Below are positions 52,155 to 64,000 of a DNA stretch of 64,000 bases, piece after piece. The notes beneath the pieces are model-generated. The model was not told the DNA's origin, searched no databases, and saw only the letters and a program-made list of their open reading frames with translations. The stretch covers positions 306,019 through 370,018 of the forward strand of contig JAAOMT010000375.1 of NCBI GenBank assembly GCA_016748015.1. Reading direction: 5' to 3'. Positions within the stretch are counted from its first letter, which is position 1. Every line of letters begins with the position of its first letter. The DNA comes from Geosiphon pyriformis uo1. Lineage: Eukaryota; Fungi; Glomeromycota. The translations under genes and the position numbers were made by a program.

Positions 52155-52531
52155 ATATATTACAGATTAAAACAAAAATTTTAAAATAAATAGTATTTAA
52201 AAATAAATAAAATTAATCAGTAAACTAAAATAAAATAAAAACAATAAATAAATAAGCAATATTAAAAAAAATAAAGTTTCAAAATTATAATAAAATAAAT
52301 TATTTTTCTATTGTACTTTAAAACATTAAAATATATTAAAAAAAAGCTTTTTTTAAATTAAAATAGATTTTGCAACTATAATAAATAATTATCACATAAT
52401 TTTTTTATTTTCTCTTGTTGATCTCTTGACTATGACAAAAGCAAAATTTTATCAAAGTTTTAATTAGTCTTTTTTTTTTTCACCTTGTCTTCTCTCTAAT
52501 TATTTCTTCCAACTTTTCTTTTTTTGTTGCT

Positions 52532-54477
52532 ATGGATCTAGTGAGTGCTTCTGCTGGTGGTTTTGGTTTGGGCTTAACTGGTTTGGAAATCCACTTAAGT
52601 GCTAAGAGTAAGTGCATAAAGAGCATTTACTCCTGAAGTACATCTCATAAAAAGCCAAAGAAGTCTGTTACAAGTGTCAGTATGGTCAATTCATTTGCTG
52701 GCCTGTTAAATCTTGTTGATATTGATGTTTCTGGTAGGAAGTCTGTGATATTGTGGAGTAGTAAAGTTGGCAGTATTAATAGCAGTGTAAGCAGACTTTC
52801 AGATGTCAAAGATATGGCAAACACAATTGCCAAAGAAACCAGTTATACAGAATTAAATAAAGATAATAATATAGATGATACTACTCTGAAAAAAACTCGC
52901 ACTCAAACATATGTGCTGGGCAACCTACCAAAGTAACCTGTATTTGAACATATGAGTGACAATGATGAAGTGCTGGAACTTCCTCTTTGTGTAATTGTTG
53001 AATTCAATCAGTTGCTACTGCTCAAGTCACGTGCCCAAAAAGATGGAGTTTCAATTCAACAAAATCTTTTGTACTTAATATTGAGCTTTCTGTAACATCT
53101 GGTAAGTCAGTTAGTGATAAGTTAATTTTAGTAAAAAAATCTTTTATCAAGTAGATGGTTTTGGGGGAGCTTCAACTCCTTCAAAGTTCTTAGAAATCAT
53201 TAGATTATCTTTTATATTTGAATCAAGTTTGAAAAAAGCAAAGAAATTGGCTGTCAGTGAGAATATTTTAGTTAATGATGATGTCAAGCAGATAAACAAA
53301 TGCTTGAATTGGGAAATTGTTGTCAAGAAAATTTCTGTCAATCTTTCCAAATTGGTTGTGAAATCTGTTTTTTTCAAGTTTGGCAAGATTGTGTCAATTA
53401 AAATACAATTGATTAGTTTGTGGCAAAAAGCTTTTGTAAAATATGAATTATCTGAATTAGCTGATTTGGTCACAGTTAAATGGTCTGTTTTCATAGGAAA
53501 AGATTTTGTGCATGTGGCAAAGGTGATTGATGACAAACAAATATGAGTATTGAGGAATCATCATTGGGCTTTGTTGTATATTCTCTCAATTGGTACTACA
53601 GTTCATGATTTGTCAGATTTGTTGGATTCATATGGTAGAAAAACTTGTATTATTGGTCATAATCTTAGTTCATATGTGCATGATAAATGTGCAGTTGTGT
53701 GTTTTGCTAATGAGGCATCTAAATTGGCTGCTATTGGTTTTACTCCAGTATTTAAGAATGTGAATTTGTACTGGGCTAGTCTCTCTTTGGTCTGCTGTAC
53801 ATTATGCAAACAATTTGGTTACTTCTTTAGTGGTTGTTTTTTGGGTGAGAATTCAGGTGTTCATGGTAGACAGGTGGTAACTGTTCAAGATCAGATTTGT
53901 TTAGCCAATATATATAAGAAAAAGCAGGCTCCAATTGCCCATCCAGTTTTTTTTGATGGTAAAACTTAGGTTCAAGTTGCTGATGGCTTTTCTTTACATG
54001 TGGTCCTTTCATTCTTTTCTGGTACTGATTTGTCTTTTGGTATTAGAATTTTTTCTGCAATTCTTGCTTTCTTTGGTAATTTTGACTTATATGACCATTT
54101 GGCTTCTTTAGAACACTCTGTGGGACTCCTGTTGAACCAAGTTTCTAGTATCTTGAGAAAGTTAAGTTTTGTTAAATTGGTGTCTTTGGTGATCTCATTT
54201 TTTACCTTCCTCTTTTGTTGCTTCTACATCTTTGCAGTCAGGTTTGAATTCAAATATGGCTATGAATAATGTGTTGGTGCCATCTGTTCCTCTTTTCATT
54301 GATGTTAATGTCAATGTGTCTGGTTTTAGCTCTAATAATTCCAAGGTTCTGACCACTAAGGTAGATGGTTTGGAGTCTAAAATGATGACATTAGATGCAT
54401 CAATTAATTTGGTTTTGGTGAAATTAGATCGTTTATGTTCTGGTTTGGGTTTGTCAATTCCCCCTAATCTTCAATGA
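52532..54477 (+). pseudogene. LINE ORF1 (RRM-like region, CCHC knuckle, coiled-coil)
   Basis: KSVFFKFGKIVSIKIQL...KAFVKY is RRM-like; CTLCKQFGYFFSGC is a decayed knuckle; multiple stops. Confidence 0.75.
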
Positions 54478-57400
54478 GTGATTTGGTTTGGAAAATTGCC
54501 ACATGCAATGTTAAAGATATAAACAATCCTGTGAAACAGGCTGATATAATTCATTGGCATAAAGGAGTGAACAATTTGATTTCTGTTGTTACTGAAACTA
54601 AGTTAAAGGATAATGTTTGTTCATTGATTATAAATAAGTTTGATGATGTTTGGGTCTTCACTTCTGGTTTAGACTCTGGTCATTTGGGTTCTGGTGTTGC
54701 AATTATCATAGACAATTTGTTAGCAAGACATGTGTATAAGGTTTCTGAGATATCTGGTCGGCTCTTTACTCTCAAGTTACTCTTCAAAAATAAACTTTTT
54801 GTTTCAATTCTGGGGCTCTATGCTGGTGCTTCTTCCATGATTTGATTCTCTCAAGCTGGTGATATTAATTCTATGATTGTTAAAGCAGTGAACAAATTTT
54901 CTTTCATTGTTTTAGGTGGTGACTTTAATAAAAATAGCTCCCATAAGTACATCAATTTCAAAAAGTGTCTGGATTTTGGTTTGGTCAATTTCTTAAATGG
55001 AAGTTCTTATGTAAAAACACTAATATGGACTAACTCTTGGGGTGTGGCTAAGATAATCAATTTCTTGTTCATTTTTTTGAACTTGGTTAATATTGTGGCA
55101 GATTGCAATGTATTTGATGTTGGGGAATATTTTAATACTAATTATTAGGCTGTTTCTATGTTGGTGGGTTTGGATGGATTGTTTGATGTGCGGCTAAACT
55201 TCTTTTGCAAGCAAGTAAATAAAAATTGTTGGAGATTTGACTACAGAGATGCAGATAATATCAGATGGGTTAAGTTCAAAGAGGATATAGCAGCAAATGC
55301 TGTTATGTTTTACAATGAGTTTTTTGCATCTAAAAAGCACTCAGACTTGGATGCAATGTGGAATGCACTTCATAGGGTAATATGTCTATTAGCTAATACA
55401 GTCTTTAAAAGAAAATAGTTTAAGAACTATAACAGTGTTTTTACAAAAGAGTCATTCAGGTTTCACAAGCTGGAGCTTTTGGTGTCTAAAATTGTTAAAG
55501 CCTCTTGTCTAGTTTCTAGTGAGAAGTTTGCATCATTGCTTGTTAAATGGCACAGTTTGGATGTAGTTAATGCCTCTGTAGTGAAGTCTTTCTTTCTTTT
55601 GGGTTCTCATTTTGACATTATTCATTCAGTTTTGGTTAAAATTAAAAAGTTTTATTGTTCTTTTAAGATGTCAGAATTGGAGTGTACTAGAGTTTCTCAA
55701 ATTAGATTGTTAATTGATAAGAGAATAGAAAGCTTTGAATTAAACAAGAGTTATACTATCAGAAGTGTATTAGAGCATCTTTTTCACAAAGTTGTGTTGG
55801 ATTATCTGGCTGTTAATGGTAAATTGATTCTGGATCCTAATCTGATTAAGGCCAAGGTAGATGTAATTATAGAGAGGTGGACTAGGAAGTGTATAGTAGT
55901 AACTAATATTTCTGATAACTGGTATCACTAATATCAACTTTTGGAGTATGTTTTTGATGATGCTTTCTCTGATGTGATGTATCTGATTGGTTTTGATGAA
56001 ATGATTGGTGTGATTTCAAATCTGTTTGATGGAAAAGTGGCTGGTCTTTTCAACATCTCAAATGAATTATGGAAACATTGTAACAAGTCAGTTTTAGATA
56101 TGCTTTTGGTGCTCCTGAATTTTTGTTTGTGTTGTGAGTCTGTTTCTAAGCCTTGGAGGAAGGCTTGGATGTCAATGATCTTTAAACTATATGAGTGAAA
56201 AGAAGTTTTTACAAATATCTATCTGATTGCTTTAATTAAAATGGCTCACAAGATCTTTTCCAAAATTTTTTCAGACAGAATTTTTTTGGCATATAGTGTT
56301 TTTGATGTTTTTAGAAGGGATAATTTTTTTGTTTTAAAAGGCACAATGATACAATCTCCTATTTTTGCAGTTGGTTTGGTTATTAAAGATGTCTTGAAAA
56401 AGGACTGTGAACTATGGCTTGTTTTGCAGAACATGTGGAAGGCTTATGATTCTGTTGAGTAGAAGCATCTTAGAAAGAGCTTAGTAAGAATAAAAATGTG
56501 TGATAAATTCATTTGATTTTTTGGCAGCATTTACATAGTCGGGTTAACAGAATTATGACTGATTTTGGGTTAACAAGCAGTTATCAGATGCATGATGGTT
56601 TGGACTAAGGGGAGGTATTCTTATCTCTTCTTTGGCACATATTTTATAATCTTTTGTTGTGTAAAGTCAAAAGGCAAAAAAGTATATGTGGGTACAAGTT
56701 GAATTTACACTTCATTGTCAGAACTGGTTACTTAGAATCTCAAGCTGGTTTGACATCTTTTCTTGCTGCTGGTGTGTTTGTTGATAATACAATTTGGATT
56801 GGTAACAGCCAAACTGCTACTTAGCATATTTTCAACATTGTTAGTGAATTTTTTTGGCTCAATGACATTTTAATCAACAATAACAAAACTATAGCCATTC
56901 TCATTAATTGTAAAGTTGCACACTTTTTCTTGTTAATCAATGGTCTGCTTATTTCTATTGCTAAAAAAGGGGAGTCTTATCAGTACCTGAATATTTTTCT
57001 GTCTACTGAGGGCTTGTTAAAGCCCAGCTTAACTAAAGCTCATGTGGATGTTCATTTTTTTGTCAATTTTGTATTAAGAAAAACTATCTCTGATAAGCAG
57101 TTCTCATATTTGGTGTCAGCAGTTTTTTTCCCAATTGTCAGCTATAGGTTTCAATTTAGTTTTGTTCTTATTAATGTGTGTAATAAGTGAAACACTTTAA
57201 TTTACAAGGGCTTGAAGTCCAAATCTGGTCTTCCACATGATTTTCTCAATGATCTACTTCATTATTTTTCATTGTATAATTTAAAGACTTTTGAACAAAT
57301 TCAAGCTGAGGGCAAGTCTGCTTCTATTGTTTGGTTTTCGAATTTGGTTGGCATTCTGGGTTATCTGTTTGCACATAGATTACATGATCTGCAAGTGCTT

Positions 57401-59158
57401 AGCTAAAATTCTTATCATTCTTTGCTTTTTCTATTTTGTGTCAATGTTGACCCATTGAATAATTTTTTGGCTGGTGTAGTCCACATCTTTTTGAAGTGTG
57501 ATCTGTCTCTGAGTGGTTTTGTGACTAATGTCTTTCATTTCTGGGGTGGTACCCTTTTGTCTCTTGTTCTCAGTGGTTCTAAGTTTTTCAAATGTGTCTT
57601 TTTGCTTTGGTGATATGGAATTGCTTTTGCTAAGCAGCTTTACAATTGTGCTGGTGCAGTTCTTAATTGGAAGACATTTAAGCAGTGGAAAAGATTAGAC
57701 TTGTATGGCCCAATTCCTAACTGGTTTGAGCTTTCTGTTTATTTTCTTAATGATGTTTCTTCTTCTTTTATTTGTTTGCCTTTTTCGGTGAGTGTTAATT
57801 TGTTGAATATTCTTAAGTCTCATGAATTTGGAGTTATTTGTGACCATTTGTTGGGTGTTAATGCTAGTTGTTTTTCTGTTTATACAGATAGTTCTCTTAG
57901 CAGTTTGAGAACTCCAGACATAAAGGCTGGTGTGGCAGTTTTCTTTGAAGATATTGGTTTGGGTTTGGGTGTTAAAGTTTTTGGATTGGTGTTTTCTACT
58001 ATGGCCAAGCTACAGGCTGTCACTTTGGCACTTGAGTGTATTTTCTCTTCTAGTTCAGTTCAAATTTTCTCAGACAGTTAGTCTGCTCTGGATGTGTATA
58101 AATTGGAGTTGGGCTTGTTGTGTCCTGATTTTCAGAATCAGTATTGAATTGAATATTATTACATCATGAGTGTCATTCATGAAAAAAATTTGGAGATTAG
58201 TTGGCATAAGATTAAGAATTATTTGGAAGTTTTGGGCAATGAATATGCTAATACTTTTGCAAAGACTTGCTTTTCTAATTGGTATCTCTCTTATTATATT
58301 GCTGATTGTCATATCAAGACTGATGGTAACATTGTTTTTGCTAATTCTAGACATTTTGTTCACATTGTATTTTGGTCTGTCCATTGGGCATGCTGAAAGA
58401 TTGGCTCTGGTTCTCTAGTTTTGATGAACACTCTGTGTATTGACATTGATTGGTTTAAGTCATTTTTGGTATGACATTTTGATTCACATTTGGTTTCTGG
58501 TTTCACTAGTAGGAGTACTGCTAAAGCTCGTACTTATTTTATAAAGGCTTTGTATCATTGGCTTCTTGTTGCTGTTCATAAGCATTTGTATGCCAAGAAC
58601 TATCTGAGTGTAGTATGTTTGTTTTATGAGGATATTGAGATCTCAGACCACACTTTTTTCTGCTCATTTGATTCTGATGTTTGTGTTCAGTTGTTGGACA
58701 CCTATGTAGTCAATTGGAAGATAGTTTTTGGTTTGTTTTGCTTAGTCTCATGTGTGTTATAGTGTTTGAGTTCCTGTTTTTTCAATATTGCTGTGTGTAT
58801 GACTTTGAGCAAGAAGTTTGTTTTCAATAGTTGATATCGGAAGTCTCTTTCTATTTTTAAAGATTTTAAAATTGTGGGTCAGATGATTGTGAACTTCATG
58901 CACAGATTTGGCCTTACATTTAGAGAGAAGATTTGGTTGGCTTGTGTTAAACACTGGATGTTTATGAAGAAAAACGAACTAATTCCATATAATAGATCTG
59001 TTCCAGTCTCAGTGTGTAAGCTTTCTTTGGTGTTTTCTGCTAGTGTAATTAAATTGTTGGGTATTGCTAATACTATTGGTATTAGTTTTGGTTTTCATAA
59101 TTCTTGTTGGTTTTTTTTAGGTTTAGATAGTATAGTTTCAGTTCATATAGACATATAG
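54474..59158 (+). pseudogene. LINE ORF2: APE endonuclease, reverse transcriptase, RNase H, C-terminal Cys/His motif
   Basis: APE IATCNV, TETKL, LGGDFN; RT QNMWKAYDSV, GLD*GEVF, FVDNT; RNase H VYTDSS, AKLQAV, FSDS, GNEYAN; CLF..IEISDHTFFC. Confidence 0.9.
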
Positions 59159-59279
59159 TGTTGTTCTGATTAGTCTGAGTAGCTAATCACATGTGAAAAA
59201 TGCATGATTCACACCTAGTTTAGATTACTTAGTTGATGTATTGTACTAGATAATGTTTGGATCTCACTCATTAAAATAC

Positions 59280-60057
59280 AAAAAAAAAAAAATCACATAA
59301 ATTATAATTAATTGTATTTATATAATTTGGAATTACAATAATATAATAATCAAATATTATGTTATTAAAATGTTATTTTTACTTTATATAGATACATTTT
59401 ATTTAAAAATAGTGTTAAATGGTTAATTCATGTAATAAAACTAATTATAATATATTATGTGGCTAATAAATCAACTAATATAGTTAAATAACAAAATAAA
59501 TTTAAATTTTAACCCATTTGATTATTATATCTAAACATGAAAATATTCACACATAGTTTATGTACATTGATGCACACAGAAAATCGTGTTTTGTGTGCAG
59601 GTTATGAAGAAAGTTTTCAGATTCGCGTCCTAGATTTTCAATTTCCACAGGCTTCTTCNNNNNNNNNNNNNNNNNNNNAAAAAAAAAAAAATCACATAAA
59701 TTATAATTAATTGTATTTATATAATTTGGAATTACAATAATATAATAATCAAATATTATGTTATTAAAATGTTATTTTTACTTTATATAGATACATTTTA
59801 TTTAAAAATAGTGTTAAATGGTTAATTCATGTAATAAAACTAATTATAATATATTATGTGGCTAATAAATCAACTAATATAGTTAAATAACAAAATAAAT
59901 TTAAATTTTAACCCATTTGATTATTATATCTAAACATGAAAATATTCACACATAGTTTATGTACATTGATGCACACAGAAAATCGTGTTTTGTGTGCAGG
60001 TTATGAAGAAAGTTTTCAGATTCGCGTCCTAGATTTTCAATTTCCACAGGCTTCTTC
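59280..60057. other. Assembly gap (20 N, 59659-59678) flanked by an identical duplication of about 379 bp
   Basis: 59280-59658 reads identical to 59679-60057. Confidence 0.92.
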
Positions 60058-60080
60058 ACTTTTTCAAATCATTTCGCAAA

Positions 60081-61800
60081 ATGTCAATAACGTTGTACAT
60101 TCAAAAAGTTATTGGATTTTCAATAACATATTATCTAGGTGGTGTTTTCATCACTCTTGTAATTATTAAACTTCAAAAACTTTTTGTTAAAACGCGAGAC
60201 AAGTCTTTAAAACCTGAATACGTGTACGAATATGACGAAACGCTAATAGTTAAAAATGAGGTGTTGGAGAAGCCAAAAGAAATAGTAACCTCACAATGTA
60301 TGGCAATTATTCTATTTTCAAAACCTTTTGAATACGTTACTCCAACGCAATTTAAGAGTTCAGTGATAAAACAAGTAAAGAAAGCTAGTGTAGGTCCTTA
60401 CGTCCTCGAGAAATTACATGGACACTTTCTTCGAGCTAGCCTTGGTATTAAGAAAGAGTCACCCTTGAAAGGAAATTTCTTTTCTGAAGCCATTTTCGAG
60501 TTTAAGCCTCCTTATGTGTTGAGTCGCGCCACCACCTCTCTTTTAACATCAACCTCTTGGCAACTTCTCAAAAAAACCGCAGCTGTTCCAAACAAACGGG
60601 CTGAACAGCCAAATATTGCACCGATCTGCAGATCTACAATCAAAATGATATCAACCAAGGAAAAATGTTGGGTTCTAAGAATTGATCTAGGATCTGGTGT
60701 TATACTTCACTTAAAAATAGGCACTTTAATAGAAGAAATCACTTCGAAGATTATCGACAAAGATGAACAATCTATTCGCGTTTATTGCTTACTTGGAGAA
60801 ATATGGGATCAAATCAAGAATACTCAATTTCCTTTAGAGTTATTGACCGTTTCAAAACAGAACTTCACAATGCAATCAATAGCCAATATGCTTTTTAATT
60901 ATATCAGACAATCAACCCTAATTGATGCCATGAATATTCCTGCCGCAAAGATCAAAATCACATTGAACACCTATGAAATCAAGCATGGCTTAAGAAATCC
61001 CGAGACAAAACTTATTTGTAGAACTCTAAGAAAAGAAAACATCATGGATAATCAATTTTGTCATGAGCTTGAGCAGTTATTAAGCTTCACTGATTTTTGG
61101 AATATTCCTATCCTAAAACCTCCAAAGACAAATGTTTTTAGCCCTCAAAAAATACCTTTGGCTGGTCCCCGCGATAATCTTATCAACAAAATTATTTTAA
61201 ACATCGACAAGAAAGGCTTCCTATATCATGATCCAAAAAAATTATTAGAGACAAATATCTTTGATGACAGGGACGATGATGGTGTCAAAGAATTACCTCA
61301 TGATTTATATCAGGAATCAAAATTTGTTCAACAACCCGATCCTAATAATCAAGTAGAGCTTGAGGATGAGAAACTGTCCTTATTCGGACAGGACTCGAAA
61401 TATACATGCATTAATCACCTAACATCCGAGCCCAGCGAGAATGATGATTCAGATATTAATGAATTGTGTTTTAATGGTCCCAATGCTGCAGCTTCTTCTC
61501 GTCATGATGCAGGCTATGAGAAATTTTTGGAACAGGCTGCCGAGCTCAGAATTACAGAAGAAGGTCAGTATTTAAATTTTTTTTTGTCAACCTTAACGGT
61601 TTTAGCTTTTATTTTATTTCATAATATTTATCATATAATCTTCTTCTTCTTATTCTTCACCGTGCTTAGAAGAACCTAATATATCGGACAGCAAAGCCGC
61701 CAGAATGAGGCTTGCAGCTCATCGCCTTGCAAAAACACTTGGATGGGATTGGGACGGGACAAGAGTTGAACCTGAAGATGGAAACAATTGGAACAATTAA
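60081..61800 (+). CDS. Two-exon hypothetical protein of about 537 aa with an N-terminal hydrophobic segment (exons 60081-61563 and 61670-61800)
   Basis: Long intact CpG-retaining ORF; GTCAGT donor at 61564, pyrimidine tract and TAG acceptor at 61669; exon 2 is open in phase (EEPNISDSKAARMRLAAH...NNWNN*). Confidence 0.75.
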
Positions 61801-61803
61801 TAT

Positions 61804-61836
61804 TAGTAGTAGTAGTAGTAGTAGTAGTAATAGTAG
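61804..61836 (+). repeat. (TAG)n microsatellite in the presumed 3' UTR
   Basis: TAGTAGTAG run directly after the stop codon. Confidence 0.85.
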
Positions 61837-62720
61837 CTTGAGATGTGTATTTTACTTTTTGGTAATTTCTAGTAGTCGGAGCTAAAATACAGCACGATGA
61901 TAATAATAAAAACTTATTAAGAGATAACCACCACGATCGTATATAGTATTTTGTTTCCAACTTCGGTAAGGTGTGTTAACGTAAGATTACTTTATATAAA
62001 CTTGGAAAATATTTTATTTTATAATTAAACTAGAATAAATAATAAAAAAACCTCACTTGTTAAAGCAATAAAATAAATAAATGAATAAAACAAAATTTGT
62101 TAAAATTACTATTCTGATTTTTGAATATACATATTTGGATTTTTAAAATAAAAATCCTTTTACTCATTTAACAAATAAACTTAAAAAACAACTTTTTTTT
62201 TGTGATAGTATTATTTCAAATAACACAAAATATCAAATAATTTTTATTAATAAAAATAGAATAATAAAACCCCCCCCCCCCCAAGAAAAAAAAATTTGAT
62301 ATGTTTTGAAAAAGCAAGGATTGTGAATATTTGGCTTATTATGATATTGCACTTTGTACATTTAATTCTGAAAGACCAACATGTTGTCCATTTCAAATTC
62401 TTTGATTCTCAATCAAACTTATATCTTAAAAATCATATCTTCAAAAAATAATTGACATTTGTGTATTTTTATCTGTGAATTGAACTTTAATGTATTAATT
62501 GCAATTATACAGTGTGTTACAAAAAAAATTAGACAAAAATACACATCACAAACTTAATACAGTTTAACCAATTTTAGTTAGTCTGTGGTGGTTAAATTAG
62601 GAAGTGAATGCTAAGATAAGTGGCTAAATATGATAAATTTTTTTCACGTATTTTACTATGGTGCAAACCATTTGGGGCGTGCTGCAACAAAGCCAGACAA
62701 AGTGAACATGTGACGTCACA

Positions 62721-63854
62721 TTATTTTACGTTTGAATAGACTTTTTTCTTCAGAACAAATACTAGTATTAATGCCGTTACGGCCATAGTTACGAACACGG
62801 TAGGAATTAACCAAAGTGGGGAAATTCGGCCGATTGATTCTTTTACTTCCGCACTGGCTCTGAGAGCTGCTACTTCTTGCTCTTTAGCAGCTACGTCTTT
62901 TCGCAAGCGGTCTAATTCTTGGCTTCTGTCTTTTTTTCCCCAGATTTTAGCGTATTCTTCAGGGTCTCTTAGTTTCAGAGCAATTCTGTCTACTTCGATA
63001 GCTCCCAACGGCTTGTTGTTTTTGACAGGTTTATTTGAAGGTATATACCATCGATGAGTTTTATACTTCGGAAATAAGTTAACTATCAATTCCTTCTCAT
63101 CCGGAAAATCACAATCAGAAGAGAATTCTGCTTCCTCTCGAGCCATTTTGGCAGCTTCTTTAAACCTGATTACCACATTAAAATCCCGACAATCAGTATT
63201 CGCTTCAATTTTAGCCATTAACTCTTTGAGCATTTGCCCGATTTCATTTCAAGTTTCTTGATCCAGAGCTTGAATGTCGTTGGGGAGGTGGGCTTTGGTG
63301 GAAATAGCAATGTTTCCTACTGGATGTTCTTTAAAAACTGTGGGTATACACTTTAGGTCATTCTGTAATTTAGCTACTGTTTTACTTTTTTCAACGATGG
63401 TTCTGTTTTGGTCGGGTTTCATTGCCTCTTCAAATTTTTTTATTCCAGATACGGGTAATTCATCAGACTTTACGCTTATCGGTACCGATACCATGCCTCA
63501 ATCTTTTTTGTATTTAGGTACTAAATGAAGTTGAAAATGAGGAGGCTGGTCTTGAGCACCTTCTTTTCCAATTGGTATAGCAATTACATATCCTGGCGGA
63601 GAATATTTAGATTCTAACCTTTTAACATTATCTTGCAAAATCGGCAAAAGATCATTCCACGCTTGCATGGTTATCGTTCTTAAGTCAATGCTATGTTCCT
63701 TCGTTGTTAAAGTAATATGGCCTTTTGTTCCAAAACGAATGCTAACAAAAGAAAAAACTTCTCCAAAATCAGAGACTAAGTTCTTAATCATCCCTTTTTT
63801 GTAAGGAAAAGAATGGTTGATGCAGGTCATACATGGCTTTTTTTCTTCTGACAT
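62721..63854 (-). CDS. Tandem HIT-fold protein with coiled-coil and C-terminal transmembrane anchor; 377 aa under genetic code 4 (TGA=Trp), broken in three under the standard code
   Basis: Three track ORFs are in one frame, separated only by TGA at 63498-63500 and 63249-63251. HIT features: CMTC, KGH..TKEH, PHFQLHLVPKY. No introns; ends in TAA. Confidence 0.8.
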
Positions 63855-64000
63855 AGTAAATAAATTTTTAATAGGACTATAAGAACGGATATCGCATTTT
63901 GAATCATAATCATTTTTGGAAAAGGCACATGTTTTCCTAAGCAATTATTAAATCAAAATTGTTTTGTCGTTCGTGGTAATCATTTTACTTATTCATTAGC

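Larger units (their letters stand above)
52400..59292 (+). mobile_element. Full-length mutated LINE (non-LTR retrotransposon) with ORF1, ORF2 and poly(A) tail
   Basis: T-rich 5' UTR, two ORFs overlapping at ATGA (54474-54477), poly(A) at 59280-59292, candidate TSD ATCACATAA (52391-52399 / 59292-59300). Confidence 0.92.

Noticed and set aside
59936-60169. 77-aa ORF upstream of the orphan gene
   Set aside because: Short, overlaps the long ORF out of frame, and has no motif; at most a uORF.
61676-61960. 94-aa minus-strand ORF with a poly-Thr run
   Set aside because: It is antisense to exon 2 and to the (TAG)n microsatellite.
62721-63854. Mitochondrial insertion (NUMT) as the source of TGA=Trp
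   Set aside because: HIT-fold membrane-anchored proteins are not part of the fungal mitochondrial gene set, and no mitochondrial gene, intron or RNA sequence is visible.
62721-63944. Three-gene bacterial operon as suggested by the ORF track
   Set aside because: All three ORFs are in one frame separated only by TGA, and the second TGA splits a HIT-like domain; a single code-4 gene fits better.

Overview
AT-rich eukaryotic DNA, very likely fungal. It resembles Glomeromycotina, and the retroelement proteins resemble those I recall from Geosiphon pyriformis; this taxonomy is inference only. Positions 1-59300 are a nested graveyard of retroelements. There are Ty3/Gypsy LTR elements with five LTR types (labelled A-E here): three structurally complete but mutated elements (A1 5832-13398, D 25022-35118, A2 44498-52154), several truncated or chimeric ones, and at least six solo LTRs, mostly with 4-bp target-site duplications. 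There is also one full-length and one degenerate RNase-H-bearing LINE. All repeats are riddled with C>T/G>A transitions. The B/D/E-type elements carry a dUTPase between protease and RT, and two element lineages carry an extra ORF after integrase. After a 20-N gap with an artefactual flanking duplication come two CpG-retaining genes. The first is a two-exon orphan gene (60081-61800). The second is a bacterial-looking tandem HIT-fold, membrane-anchored gene (63854-62721) that is a single 377-aa ORF only if TGA is read as Trp, which suggests DNA from a Mollicutes-type endobacterium.
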